Positions 35,360 through 49,153 of a DNA stretch of 64,000 bases are shown piece by piece (position 1 is the stretch's first letter; each line of letters starts with the position of its first letter). The stretch comes from Podarcis pityusensis (lineage: Eukaryota): NCBI GenBank assembly GCA_964106645.2, contig OZ067039.1, one strand, 5' to 3'. Under the pieces are notes generated by a model. The model did not search any database and was not told where the DNA came from. It worked only from the letters and a program-made list of their open reading frames with translations. Position numbers and translations under genes: made by a program.

Positions 35360-37839
35360 TCTAAGACAGTCGGTGGGAAAGGCAGAGCTGCACAGAGTTG
35401 TCTGTTTCACTGGAGTAAAAGTGTGAACGTGCAAGTGATTCAAACTACTGCAACAAATGTGGGTGGCTCATTAAAATGGATTGGCTGAGGGCTGAGAATG
35501 GAAAGTGTTTGTTCACCCGCCCCATTATTAACTTGCAGAACTCCTTGCCGTGGTGGTGATGGCCAATGGCTTAGGCAGCTTCGAAAGGGAATTGGACAAT
35601 TCAGTGGGGCCTTCATGGTCAGAAGCAGTGTTTCTCTGAATATCAGATGTTGGAAATAACAGAGCCCTGTTCGTAAATGTCGCACCATCTTCAGCTCTGG
35701 AAAAGGCAGTTTCTAGATAACAGCTGGCCAAGAAAATGTGATGACAGACTTAGCATGGCAGCCAGTTGTAAATCTGGTCTCTCCTTGATCCTCCACTAGA
35801 TCATCAGACTAAGCTGCTACTGGAACTGTACTTGTGTGCCCTGAACGAGGAAGAGGGAGAGTTTAGAGACAAAATAACCTTCCAGGCAAGTACATGCAGA
35901 TGGGGAAAAGTGCAGGAGTGCTCCTGCTTTTTTTTTTTTTTAAAGGGAGGAGGATGAAACCCAACTGTTATCCAAGGACTGCTGCCTATTCCAGAACCAC
36001 TCAGCAAGTGTGGATATAGGATGCAGCTTTGGAACATGGAACAACAACAACAAAAAAAGGTTATATGTAACCGATGCATTAGACGCAAATGCTGTTCAGT
36101 GTGAAAGCCCACTGGCAATTGATGCTTCCACTGGTTGTGTGAACACTTGAATGATGCAGTTGCTGAAGGTTTCGCCAACCTAGCACCCACCAGGCCCCAT
36201 GGCTGATGGGAGTTGTAGTCTCAAAACATATGGAGGGTAGCAAGTTAGTGAAGGCTGAGCTATGTCAAGTTACTGAAGGCTGCCATGACTTTAGGCCTGC
36301 CTTACGAGTTGAGATAGCTCTCCTCTTCTTGTTTCATACTCATTTCTGTGACGATTGAAAAGACCTCACTTTTGGCCTAATTTCCTGCAGGCTTTGAACA
36401 CATGCTTTATTTTTATGCTGCTGTAACACTGCGTAGTGCCCTTTGTTTGCCTGGAGGCCTCCCACTTCTGCGATTTGTGTTTCCCCGTCTCCTTTGCCCT
36501 TACTGTCCTTGGCCTCTCTCACCTACATTGTTTTCCTTTCTTTGTTTGCTTGCTTGCTTGCTTGTGCGTGCCTATGCTGCTGCTGTTTTATCTGATTTGA
36601 TATTAATTGTATTATTTGATCACTGCTGTATGGGACTAGGCTAATCGGTGACGAATACATGCAAATAATAGACCATGACATCATGGGAGCAGCATTCTTA
36701 TTCAATCTTTTCTTAATTAGAAGAGAGGCTGCTGAGGCCTGGATAGTCTTATGTGGGTGGAAAACTTCTCAGCCAGTATCATGGAAGAGGTACAATCAGA
36801 AAATTGGCGAGAGAGGCTATCACAAAGCTCAGAACGAGAGCAGTGGGGGGTGGTGGCGGCAGTTGCTGAGATGTATCACTGAAACACCAGCGTTTGGTGG
36901 GATTACAGATGAGAAAACCCACGGAGAGACTTGAGTGAGATTGATCTGGTAGCCAGGAGATCAAAAACGAGCAGAAGCAGATATTTAGCAGGCAAGGAGG
37001 GTGGGTGAAGCAAATCTCCCTGAGGAGATTCCAGATTCTTCCACTCTCTTCCTTCAGGCAACTGACAGAGCCCAGGGATACTGTGGAGTTAGATCTGTGG
37101 TCTCCGTTGGACGGTTCACATCCTTCTCCAAGTGTCTGTTTGAGTCCCACCACTCCTTTGTTTCCTTCATTTTGTGACATCCCCTCCACACACCCACACC
37201 CCACCACCACTCTCTCCTTTGTTGACAATTTGGACATTAATCTTTCTGGTTCCAGTGTCAGGTTCATTTTTATCACAGTTCCGTTAGGGTCAGGTCGCTC
37301 CTTCCGGAGCTTCGGAGGCCCTCAGAGCAAAAGCCTCCCCTCGGGTTCCTTGGCAGAGGCCTTTCTCAGCCTCTTTGCTGCCTCTCACAGCCTTGGTTAT
37401 TCCCCCACCTCAGCCTCCTGCATATGGGCCTGAGCTTTCTTACCACATCAGGATACAGAGCAGTGCATGAATTCCGGCCTCAGACTCTGGTCAACCGCAA
37501 GCTCAGTGTATTTCACAAACTGTACCTCCTCGTCGTGGGGGGAGGGCTGTGCCCTAAGCACCGGCACATAACAGACTCTCAGAGGCACTAACTACCAACT
37601 GGATTTCCAACCAAAGGAAACAAAACACAGATAGCCAGCCTCCTCCTCCTGCACCAACCCAAACCCACCTGATTTCACCATGGGAAGGGTCTTCCTGCTT
37701 CTCCTAGCCCAGGGACTCCTGAGGGCTTCTAACAAAAAATGGAGGTGGGTGCATCGGCTCTCCTGCTCAGGCACCTAGCATTTGTGACCTCTCTCCCCTC
37801 CCAACTCAGATTTGAGGATGTGCTGCATAAACATGGACA

Positions 37840-37840
<1 letters not shown>

Positions 37841-37883
<43 letters not shown>
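37841..37883. repeat. (TA)n microsatellite
   Basis: Seen directly. Confidence 0.95.
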
Positions 37884-37885
<2 letters not shown>

Positions 37886-37988
37886 AGAATCTAACCACAT
37901 GTTCCTCATCCTGAAGACTTCCTGTGCTCCCAGGTATAGTGTTTGGTACAGCTAGTGAAGAACGGAGGACTGCTTGCCAAATGACAAC

Positions 37989-38139
37989 CAGTGCTTTCCC
38001 CCCTAAAAAAATGTTTAGGGGTACTCTCATTTTCCTACTCATATTGAAATACTTCCCCCCAATGAGGCCAAACTTAGATTCACAAAATGTTTAGTGGTAT
38101 GTGTACCCCTGCGTCCCCCCCCCCAGAAAAAAAGCACTG
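37989..38139. mobile_element. hAT MITE
   Basis: TIR CAGTGCTTT/AAAGCACTG; perfect 8-bp TSD atgacaac. Confidence 0.88.
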
Positions 38140-41100
38140 ATGACAACACCTGGCTTTGCCAAGATATGCTCTTTGTGCAGTGGATTTAATCAAATAAGCA
38201 CCTGAAAGGAGTTGTGCCTTAGTCCTTCCTGATCTCTTCTGCGGCTCCAGACCAGCAGCAGCAGATTGGCTTTGGTACTTTGCTTTCCTTTTGAAACAAA
38301 TGCTGGACCACACTGTGCTCCGTCACGTCATTTGATATGCCCATAAGCAACAGCCTATACTTATAGGCCTAACATAGGAAGCAGTCTGGCCCATCTAACT
38401 TAGTATCGACTACACTGTGACTGGCAGCAGTTCCCTGGGGCTTCAGAACAGGGTCATTCAGATTCCGGGGTTGGAACCTTGGAACTTCCGGGTGCACACC
38501 AGATGTTCTGCTACTGCTGAGCTATGGCCTTCACATAACCCAGATTAGTTCTGCCTTAACTGTTAAGAGAACCCTTATATTTAGAATACATTGGTGGGCA
38601 ATGAGAAATCTAGTTTTTGTTTTTAAAGTGGACCAGGCAAGACTAGAGTCAGCCTGATCCTGTTGTGCAGGAGCCACATAGCACCGTTTGGGCTTTAGCC
38701 CATCGCAACCTCACTTGTGTATAGATTGAGCTAGGAGACAGAATCAGAACTCTTTTTGGCTTTAAATTGGGAGCTCCTGAGGCAGAATCACATACATATG
38801 GTATGTAAATAGTGCCTCTGGATGGCCGACGGAGCAAACAGCCATTTCACCATTTTGCAGGGGACGTTCTAGTCATAACACAAAGGAATGGATGGCTTGA
38901 TTAACCATAAAGTGGGTGGAATTACCCTTTCTTTTATACCAAGTATCTGCATTGTGGATAGACTAAGTCAGTGGTGGGCAGAAGTTAGATCAGGGCCGAC
39001 TGCATAATTTGCAGTAGATCAGCAATTTTTTTTTAATCTCCTGGCTGCTTTACAATAGCAGTGACAACGAAAGGTTCTCCTAAATTACACTGCTGAAATG
39101 AAGGAAGCTTATGGTAGTGGGGGTTTGTAAGGAAGGGCCTTGTGCTCCATTTTGTTCTGGTACCCAAACCAATTTCCTGGGCTGAAAATTACTTAACTCT
39201 AAATGTATTTCTTTCACACCAGGCATTGGTTGCCATACCTCAGGGTTCTAGCAAAAAATGAAGTAGACCCCCCCCCCAACAAGCCTGAGGTTTGCCTAGT
39301 CCTGGACACATTAGGCTGCGACCCCAAACAAATGGCTAGGATTGAACACGCCTAGGATCACACTATTAGGATCCTACTTGCAGGCAAGAACTAAAGCACT
39401 CAGATTTCATGGAGACCACTTTGCTGCCATTACCGCAAGGCTGTATTCTTCCTCTTCTTCAGTGAGATGCAGATTTTGCAAGTTGAGTAAGAAGAGGCCA
39501 TGTTTGCACAACTGCTCTCAATGTTATAGCAGCCTACCATCACAGCGAGCAAACTCTTAACCACTTTGGTGCCCTCAATGACTGTAGCCGCGCCCCAGAT
39601 GTGCAGCTAAGGATGCACTGCGTTTTTTCCTTATGGAGGCATGCGCAACTTGGAGCCTGCAAACTTAAGGGAGAGAGGGGGCAAAGAGGTTGATGAAGGA
39701 GGCCTACTCTTCTGGGACACGTCCTGTCTGTCATCGCTGCAGCTTCTCCTCTTTGAGGTCCTACTGTCTCTGTCAGGAGAGCACAATGAAAGGGGCAGGG
39801 GAGAGAGACTCCACCTGCCTAATCCGGCCAAGTATTCCTCTTCCTAGGATCTTGCAAATGACAATAAAAGCCATTAATCACTTAATCTCCAAAGCTGTGG
39901 AGGGGAGACCCTTGCTTTGATATCATCTCTGTCTCAGCTCATCAGAGAATCTCTCTGGGAGCCAAGCTAAGAGCCTTCATCTTCCTGTTGTCATGTTCAT
40001 CTCCTGGGAACCTTTGTCTCTACCCATCTCTCATCTGCAGAGAGTTCTACTGGAGGTTAAATTGCATTTATTTATTTCCACCCCATTTTTAGTAGTCTTT
40101 TTGCCTGGCTCCCTTGGATAAGACTTGGACCATGTCCGAGAGTCAGGAAAGATGGTCAGAGAGGCCCATTCCCAAATCAAAAGATGATATAGGTAAGGCT
40201 CAGGTCTCATGATGTGTGGCTGCATAATAACTATGATTCTCTGGAAAGAAGAAAGTGGCTTCAACATGGAAAGCAGACCCAGTGCACACACTTCAGGAGT
40301 TATGGGTTGTTCATTTCCCCCCTGTGTGTTTGTTTATTACCACATAGATTTATATCCCGCTTTTCAGTTCACAACATTTATAATATGTATGGCTACATGA
40401 AAAACCATATCCTTACACCAAACAAAGCCATCTGGGCCATGGGTCCAATGTTAGCTTCACCTGATTCCTTCTTTCTCTCAATTTTCTTCCATAAGGCTGT
40501 CAGTGTTAGATGGCAAAGTTTCAATATGCTGATTTCCGGATGGACTGAGCCAACGTGTGTTCTCAACATGCCAACAGGATCAATCACCAGTTCTCCCCTG
40601 CAACTCTGCACTCCCAGGCCATTTCAATAACCTCACTACGCTAGAGGACTTATGCCTGGTCTCTGAATAGTGGAAAGCCATCAGGAAAGAGAGAGGGAGA
40701 GAATCATCAGGGAGGAAGAGGATTAAGCAACCCTTTCTTGCCCACTGATTTCCCCCTGCAAATTCCAACCTGGTTTAGAATTAGCGTTATGAGGTAAACA
40801 TGGATATGGGAAGCCCACAAATACTTAGCAACACATAGTTCCACCCTCGGAAGGAAACTTTTGAGGCTGGTTATAACAGTAATACTGTATATGATGTCGT
40901 AACCTATGTCAGCTCCCCACCCAAAAGTTGGTTAAGGACCCATACATTGCATTGCTAAGAATTTTACACGTAATCTGTAGAACCTCAACTGGAACCTTCT
41001 TGGCAATTGTAATCATGACCCTTCTTCCAACTGCAGTAAGCAGGGAGTCTTCCAGATATCACCCATAGCTTTCGGTATTCCTGGGCAGGTCATCCTCACT

Positions 41101-43348
41101 GGAGAGAGACTTTTCGTTTTGGAATTTGTTTCTCCTTTGGTTTGATGGAGCTCAAATTTGCAGAGTTCAAAGGAATGGAACAACAAGGCTTTTGATGTTT
41201 GCATGGAACAAAGCTTTGGGGTGTGGAGGGGAATGATTGTTAGCCTTGGATCATCTTGGTGAATTGACTCCATGTTCAGAAGAACAGGGCATTCTTCTGG
41301 GATTGACTTAATCCAGGCTTCATTGTTGCCATTGTCCCCTGGGGGAACAATATCACCCAAAGGACGCCATCCATCTAGAATGCATTTTGGCAAAGTCAAG
41401 CAATGAGCCTGACAGCACACGTCTCTCATGTGCAGGCGTTGCATTATTGCACGTCTGACCTGGATCTGTGTGACCTAATAGCAAGGCCATTGTGGAGACA
41501 ATATTCAGGAGCAAGGAGAGAGAAGCAGGTGGAACAGAACCAACGTTCAACGCCCCTTGATGCTTCCAAGAGAGAAAGCCTGGCAACAAAAGGAACTTCC
41601 TCTTCATACACTACTCTTTTGGTATGTAGGTTGAAGATGGTGGGAACAATTAAGACAAGGAAACCTCAGTGTCCTAGAAATAGCACCCTTGCATATTATG
41701 ATGGCATCAAAAGCCTATTTTCCCAGTTCAGTCTGTCTGATAACACATTCCTTTCGCACATTAAGCCAGAGGAGAATGCCACTGTGTGCTCTGAAAATAC
41801 GCGCCTTTATAGCATTTTGAGATTCCTCCTATCGCTCCATAAGTAGTGGTCATGTTATAGGGGAAGGGGGGCAGCTTAGTGAAGCTCGCAAGCCCTGTCC
41901 TGTTCTTTCCTCCCAACTTAGCCAAATCATGCCCACCATAGGCATCTTAAAATAACAGCTAGGGGACATTTCAGAAGGTAAGAGGGATGGGTCTCCTTTG
42001 CCCCTTCCCCCCTAATTTGAGAAGTGCAAAAATGCTCCCACACAAAGTAGAGGGGCATGCAGCAGAGTGAAGAATGAAGAGGTGATGACAACGACAACAA
42101 TGATACCAAGATGCCAGAGATCGCCAGATCTGCCCAGAACAGTGTCAAAGTTTCATAGCTAAACCACTCAGATTCTCATTAAGCAGGTCTTCAAGGTCAC
42201 TGGAAAAAGAAGCATTGCTATGGGTATGGGAGCATGTGGGTATTAGAAGTTAGATAAAACAGCTTTTATTATGTGGCAGAGGGAAGGCTAGCTTCATTGG
42301 CTCTTAGCGCTTGACACGGTGCATTGCGTGTACTTTTCAGCATAACAGCATGCTAGGAGTCTATTGTAGTGGGTCAGAGGGCCAACTTCTAAAGCCTGGA
42401 GTCCTCCTTTATTATGGTTCTTATGCATTTAATTCATGTTTATAGCACTAGACATGAGAAATGCAAGGTGAAATCTTTTCAAGAAAGCCCAAAATACCTA
42501 TCCGTTTCCTTAATAAGTTTACAGTCTCAGAGAAGGATCCGGAAACAACTGGGATTCCAGAAGTAAGTAAACAAGATTGACTGAGAACGGGTTTGCACAG
42601 TTGAAGTGGAAAGCACTTTTTGAGAACAGTCTGTCTTTTGCTGGTGCAGACACTGTGATTTACCACATGGGGGTGCAATTGCCTAAATTATTTTGGCTTT
42701 CTTAGCCGACCAGGCTCATGGACAGATGTTCTTGAATGTTTGTCCTGTTGAAGGGGAGGCAGTGTTGCAAGCAGCTTCCCTCCATCATCTTCACTTCAAA
42801 GGCGTTTTAATGAGCAAGAAAAAATAAGTGTATTAGGTGATCTCATAAACAGCATGTCTGGGGGGTGATCCACAAAGCAGCTCTAAAGTATTTAGATGAA
42901 GATAAAGTGGTTTCTGGGACTTTGCTTGGAAGAGATTCCTAGCATCCTTACAACAAAAGTGATCCTCAAAGGGTGGCAGGGAAACATGAAGGGCACTGGT
43001 GCAACATGAAGATTCCTTTTAAGCCATTCCAGGGATGTGTTGATGGGCTCAGCACCAACTGAGCACCACACACGGTTGCATCTCCCACTTAGTGCAACTC
43101 AGGAGATGATGGGACCCTGCAGACACCCTTTTTTGAATTATGTGACTCACAAGAATTTGTGCTCATGACGATATTGGGGTGGTTATGTGTGATTCTGCTT
43201 TCAAAATGGTTCACGCCTTGAGATGCTTCAGGACGAACATACTGTTTCAGTGCCAATCAGCGCATGTCCTGTAACTTCCTGCTGAAATCCTGTAGCTTTT
43301 CATACCACAAATGTTCTGTGTTACTTTCTGCTCTGCTTTCATTGCACT

Positions 43349-43976
43349 CAGGGCCGGATTTAGGTTTGATGAGGCTCTAAGCTACTGAAGGTAATGGGGC
43401 CTTTTATATGTCCAGCTGTCCTCTGTCAATAACAAATTGTTGCTGTTTTTTTGTTGAATATATGCTATATGGTAATTTATGGACCTAATAGGTATCTAAA
43501 GCCATTTGCACATAACAAAATAAGTATTTTATCAAAGTAATTGTTGAACTGAAATACAATTAAGAAGAAGTATATTAATAGTGAAATAATTATTAAACTC
43601 TAACTTAAAATGATTTTTTATTCATAACAAACTTAATAATGCAAACACATTGGCATTTGGCAATAACAAAAGTTCCTTTAGAAACACAGTTTACAAAGAT
43701 TCATAATCTAGTCTCTAGAAACTTGCTATAACATGAAATAATAATAGCAAACCAGTGATATTTTAGGGAGCAGGCTAGCAGGCGTGGCCCATTACTTACA
43801 TCATAGGAGCCTACACAAAACAAAACACTGTTGCTGTATGTAGGTTTTATTTGTTTTTTATCTTATATTTTGGAAATGTACATCCAGTTGTTTTTTTATT
43901 TAATTTTTTTTGGGGGCCCCAAGAGAGTGGGGCCCTAAGCTATAGCTTGTTTAGCTTATACATAAATCTGGCACTG
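43349..43976. mobile_element. Non-autonomous hAT element (~630 bp)
   Basis: TIR cagggccggattta/taaatctggcactg; TSD attgcact/gttgcact. Confidence 0.85.
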
Positions 43977-45734
43977 GTTGCACTGTAGTGCAAGCTTTTG
44001 CCTGCACATGGCAGTAATGCAGCGACACTGGGGAAACATTGCAGAACAGCTAATAATTTGGAATGAGGTGTGGATAGTCCAGTATAAATCCAGCACTAAT
44101 GTACTGTCTGACACATGTGGCAGAATATACACACACGCACCAGTCTCAAGGGGACCCTCTATATGCCTTCTTCTGTGTTGACCACCAGTGCTGAGGTTAG
44201 TGAGGCAGCCATCTATTTTGTTTGCTTCCATAGACCCCACCAGAAGAACAAAGAGATACGTTGGGTTCATTGTGGCTTCACTTTCTTTTTGCTGTGTCAC
44301 CTGGTGGTCTACGAACACCAGTGAATGTTGTAAGGCCGGTGGTACAGAGAAATGGGGTAGAATGGTGCTAGTCTGTACTGATTTCATTCTATAACACCGT
44401 GAGGAGAAGGGGACATAGATTTTTTCAAAGAAAACTGAATTATCAGCAAATTAGTCTGGAATATTCCTGTCTGGGCCAGGAGTTGAATGGCTTTAAATGC
44501 ATCAGCTTTCTTTTTTAAAAAAAATAAAAAATAAACATTACACTTTACAGCACCATAGCATGGATTACTGGCGACTCTCCTAGCATTTTGGGGGGTTTTA
44601 AAAAGAAATTGTTTGAAATCTAGAGACAAGCTTCAGAATGACAGCACTGCAAACTGAACCCAGCTCACCCTTGTCGTCACTTCCAAACAGGAAATCCTGA
44701 GGAAAGTTCTTATGTTCCCACCACCACTACCTAAAAAACCCAAAACACTCTGGGAAAAGAAGTTTTGCAAGGTGTTAGTTCAGATTTCATGGAGAATTTT
44801 CAGCCTGGGTTCCTTGAGAGATCCATTAAAAAAACCAAAAAATTGTGTATATGTATGACGATGGTATCTATGTGGTCACAGTGTGCATAATAGACAAGCC
44901 TTGTCCAACCAGTGCAGTCTTTGGGAAAGCATCCAGGACAGATACTTGTGGTTTATGACAGCTTGCAGAGTCTTGCACTCTGGATTAGACTCCCTTGTGA
45001 TGTCAGGCTTCACCAGCATAAGAACAGTACTGTCTTCCCTCCATGCTCACTCTGTACTTTGGCCCACGACCGTCCACCCACCCCCAGGGTGAAGAACTTT
45101 CCCAATGCCAAAAATGAGGACACCCCCAGAGGTCTCTGTGTGAGGATGCAAAAGCCTCTAGGGCATCCTTGCATTTAATTTCACATTTGCCATCACTAAT
45201 GTGGGTTCACCATGCTGAACAGAAACATGTGATATTGTGTGAGTTAGGGAAATACTCACTCCCCCCCCCCTTCATACTCATTTACACTGAGGGCTACTTT
45301 GGGGAAGGACTGCAGCTCAGATGTAGAGCATTGCATGAAGAAGGTCAAACCCTGGCATACCCAGGTAGGGTTGGAAATGCCCCCTGTCATTTTCAGTTTT
45401 GCTCAGTACCTTACCCCCACCCCAGTCTTAAGTTGCGTTCTCTACATTTCCACATCGATTTACAATTTTACAAAAAAAACACCTCATGAAAATTTGTCAT
45501 CCTTTTAGTGCAATATTCTCCTAATATACATGCATTTTTGCCTGATATACACATTTTATAAGCAACTCTCCCTAAGACAATGCATTTTATATTATTTTCA
45601 CTAATATATGCAGTACAGCTTGATGCAATTTCTTCAGCAATGAAACAATTTTTGTTGGAGAACTGCACTGTAAAATTTGCAGAAGTGTGAATTTTGAAGG
45701 GTGACTGGGTTCACATGCTTATTTATTTATGGTA

Positions 45735-45939
45735 CAGTCAAACCTTGGCTGTCAAACATAATCCGTTCCAGAAGACTGTTCGACTTCCAAAATGTTCAAC
45801 AACTGAAAACTGAAAGCGGAAGTCTCAATGCAATAGGGAAACTCAAAACAGAAGCCTCATAGCAATTACTTCCGGGTTTTCGACATTCAGGAGCCGAAAC
45901 ATTCCAAAATGGAGGCATTTGGGAACCAAGGTTTGACTG
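45735..45939. mobile_element. Tc1/mariner-type MITE
   Basis: TA|CAGTCAAACCTTGG...CCAAGGTTTGACTG|TA. Confidence 0.85.
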
Positions 45940-46128
45940 TATGATATACTGCTTAATCATTAGCATTTCCAAGTGGTATACAAAGGACAAAACAAGAAAA
46001 AATAACCCAAAAATCAACCAGAAACATGAAACCACCTTAAAACACCTGCTGGAATAAGAAAGCCTATGCCATCTGTATGAAACTCAGCAAAGGGGCTGCC
46101 TGTCTAATCTCAGCTGGGTGGGAGTTAT

Positions 46129-46287
46129 GCCTGGATAGCTCAGTTAGAGCGAGCATGGTGCTGATAACGCCAAAGTTGCAGGTTAGAGCCCCATATGGGA
46201 CAGCTGCATAATCCCGCATTGGAGGGGGTTGGACTACATGATCCTCAGGGTCCCTTCCAACTCTACAGTTTTATGATTTCATGACTC
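46129..46287 (+). mobile_element. SINE with tRNA-Ile-like head and CR1-like tail
   Basis: tagctcagttag..agcatggtgctgataacgccaaagttgcaggtt, then gggttggactacatgatcctcagggtcccttccaactctaca. Confidence 0.75.
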
Positions 46288-46703
46288 CACAGGCGTGGGC
46301 CCACAATGCTGACTATTCCTTTGGAAAGTGTATACTGAGGATCCATACATGTATGGAAGTGGCTTCCTTAACTCTAATGGGAATTATTCGTGGAAATAGT
46401 CCTTGGGCATGTGATTCCTAAACCCATTCCATTAGCTGGATCTGCACATACGTAGCCCCAATTAGAAGGTCCTTCAGCTGTTGTGGAATAAGAAAGCCCA
46501 TCATTCCCAACAATTGGCCATGGTGGTTTGGCTGGATTTAGTCCCTGCCATTCTCCCTTCCTTGCCAAATAGCCGATAGGCACATTCAGCTACATAAATT
46601 CCCAAATGCATCCAAGCATCATGAAGAGGAGCCTGAACTGGGAATCTCCATGTTTATAAACAAGGGCTGCAATGTACAGGCCTTTCCTCAATGCAATTTG
46701 AAG

Positions 46704-46705
46704 GT

Positions 46706-46773
<68 letters not shown>
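46704..46773. repeat. (GT)n(GA)n compound microsatellite
   Basis: Seen directly. Confidence 0.95.
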
Positions 46774-46774
<1 letters not shown>

Positions 46775-48829
46775 GAATGGGATGTGCTTATGTGTGAATA
46801 GACTGAAGGAGGGGAGGTGTGGGGGAAAGGGAAGGGATGGGGGTGGAGAGGGTGGTCTCCACCCACTTTTGGTTCTGGCCCAGCCCACAACTGGCATGTG
46901 ACCCCCTGAGGGAATGTGGCCATTTTGGATGGAGAAAGCTTTCCCACTTCTGATGTGTGCACACCTACTGCATGTAAATCTCATCAGACATAACAGGACT
47001 CACTTCCAAGTATAGGATTGTGCTGCAGTTGATATGATGACTTGGCCACTGCTGAATCTCTAAAAAGCAGGGGTGGAGGTGGTAAGGGAAGGAGAAGAGT
47101 TAAATATACCATATCTCCTAACCTTGTAGGAGAGGGGAGTGAATCCTTTCCTTCCCCACATTAATCTTTACAGGCATGGTCCCCCTGGTAGGACCCCGTG
47201 AATAGAAATAACTTATCTTCAAAGGGTGGTGATGGAGAATTCAGCTCCCCATCCCATCCACTCTGCTGCACTTTAAAAGTACATACACACACACACAAAA
47301 CTTGGTCTTGCCCTGCTGAGTTGCACTGCATGTGCTGAGTGTGGTGTTGTGCTTGGAGTCCTGGACCTGGGGGGACCCATTTTCGAATCCCCACCCCACT
47401 GGGTGACGTTGGGTCACTCGCTATCTCCCTCGGCCTACTTCACGGGGTCGTTGTGAGGAGAAAAACAAAAGGCGGCAGAACTTTTGGGTTTGTTAGACTT
47501 GTGCTTGAAAGGCTGGACTAATGGAACTTAAGAAGGGGAACGTAGCGCTGGCCTCACGCCTCCAGATGCCCTGGCCTGCCTTCATGAGAAGGAAGCATGC
47601 CCAGCTCCCGGCCTGCTTGTTTTTGCCCAGTGTTGGGAAAGCGGAGAGCGAAGTGACTGGGCCAATCAAAGAACAAAGCGTCCCGTGCCAAGCCGGCTTT
47701 CAGGCCGGCTATCGTTGCACAAGGGCTTTCAACTGCGTGTCACTGGGAGTCGCCTTTGATGCGACTCAAATAGCCTTCTCTCTCTCTCTCTCTCTGCTCT
47801 CCATCCCCCCGCATGCCGTCGCCCCCGGCCCCTCCCCGATGTCTCTCTGGCACTCACAGCCCTGCAGCACATTTGAGGCAAAGAATGTATCCTGTCACCA
47901 CGGCTGCTTCCCTTTATTTGAAGTGTCTCACGGAGCTATCTCCCAATGACATGCTTCTTTCAGTGAGAATTATTTCCCCCCTGCTTCTATCTGTCAGTGT
48001 GGGTGCGTGTCCCCCCCTCCCCACAACTGTACGCCTTGGGCCTCCGTGCTCCCTGGATGTCCGAGCAGGTGTGAAGACAGGCTGGCCCTTTGTGCAGAAG
48101 ACTCTTCCTCAAACCTCCCCCCCCCTTCCACTGGACTCCTTCCAAGGCTGTCACTTTTCTCTCTCTCTCGCCTCCGTCTTGTTTTTCAACGGAGCGCGGG
48201 GCTCGCTTCTCCTGTCACCTGGGCCGAGGCTGTGCAGCCGTGTGCTGCCTCTAATCTTGCCTTCCACAAAGGGCATTCCTGTCACTCCAGGGAATTGGAG
48301 GCATACCTGAGCCCAGGCCTTGGCAGATAGCGCAGTGCCCTCGGCCGCAGCTAGGGGGACCCTGCCAATAGCCTGGGGAAGAGGCTGGAATTCGGAACCA
48401 TGTCAAACCCAAGAGGAGTCTCCGGTCTGGGTGGTGGTGGGACATCTTCAGTGAGCAGAGAACAGATACTTTTCTTTTCCCCCCTTTTTAATCTTTGGCT
48501 TCTGATTGCTTTATGAGCCTGTGGGAGGTTTGCGGTTTCTTTTTGGGGCCTACAAAATTCATTCATGTGAATCTATTGGCTTCTGTGCATGTACATGCTT
48601 TACATGCAGAAGATTGCTGGCTCCACCTTCGGCATCTCCAAGAAGGGCTGTCAAAGGCCCCTATCTGAAACCCTGGAGAGCCGCAGTCAATTGGGGTGCA
48701 GACTAGGGGTGGGGGACTCAGTAGAGCAGGTGATAATGCCCGTTCCCCTTCTCTCACTCTACTGCATCCTGATAGACCGACTGCTGTGAGATGGCACTTG
48801 AGGGAGAAGGAAATGTACATTGCATAGAG

Positions 48830-49153
48830 CAGAGTTACTCAAACTTGGGTCACCAGCTGTTGTTAGACTACAACTCCCATCATCCCTGACCACTGGTCCT
48901 GCTAGCTAACGATGATGGGAGTCAGGGGTGCCAACTTGAATAAAATATTGGGGGATCCCAGGTAAGCCCTACCTTGCATTATCAATCACAAGACACAGCA
49001 CATGCACACTATTTGAACGGCAATGCCCATCAACTGGGGGGCCCCTCAAATGTTTTATTGAGGGGACTGAAGGCACCTCGGCCCCTGGGGTTGGCTCCTA
49101 TGATGAGAGTTTTGTTCCTAAAACAGCTGGAGACCCAAGTTTGAGAAACACTG
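48830..49153. mobile_element. hAT MITE hosting a second hAT MITE (48923-49102)
   Basis: Outer TSD gcatagag/acatagag; inner TSD atgggagt/atgagagt; inner TIR caggggtgccaac/gttggctcctatg. Confidence 0.8.

Noticed and set aside
36779-37433. 165-aa (-) and 142-aa (+) ORFs
   Set aside because: No recognisable domain and no coherent splice sites.
46129-46200. tRNA-Ile gene
   Set aside because: Degenerate D and T arms; continues into the shared SINE tail.
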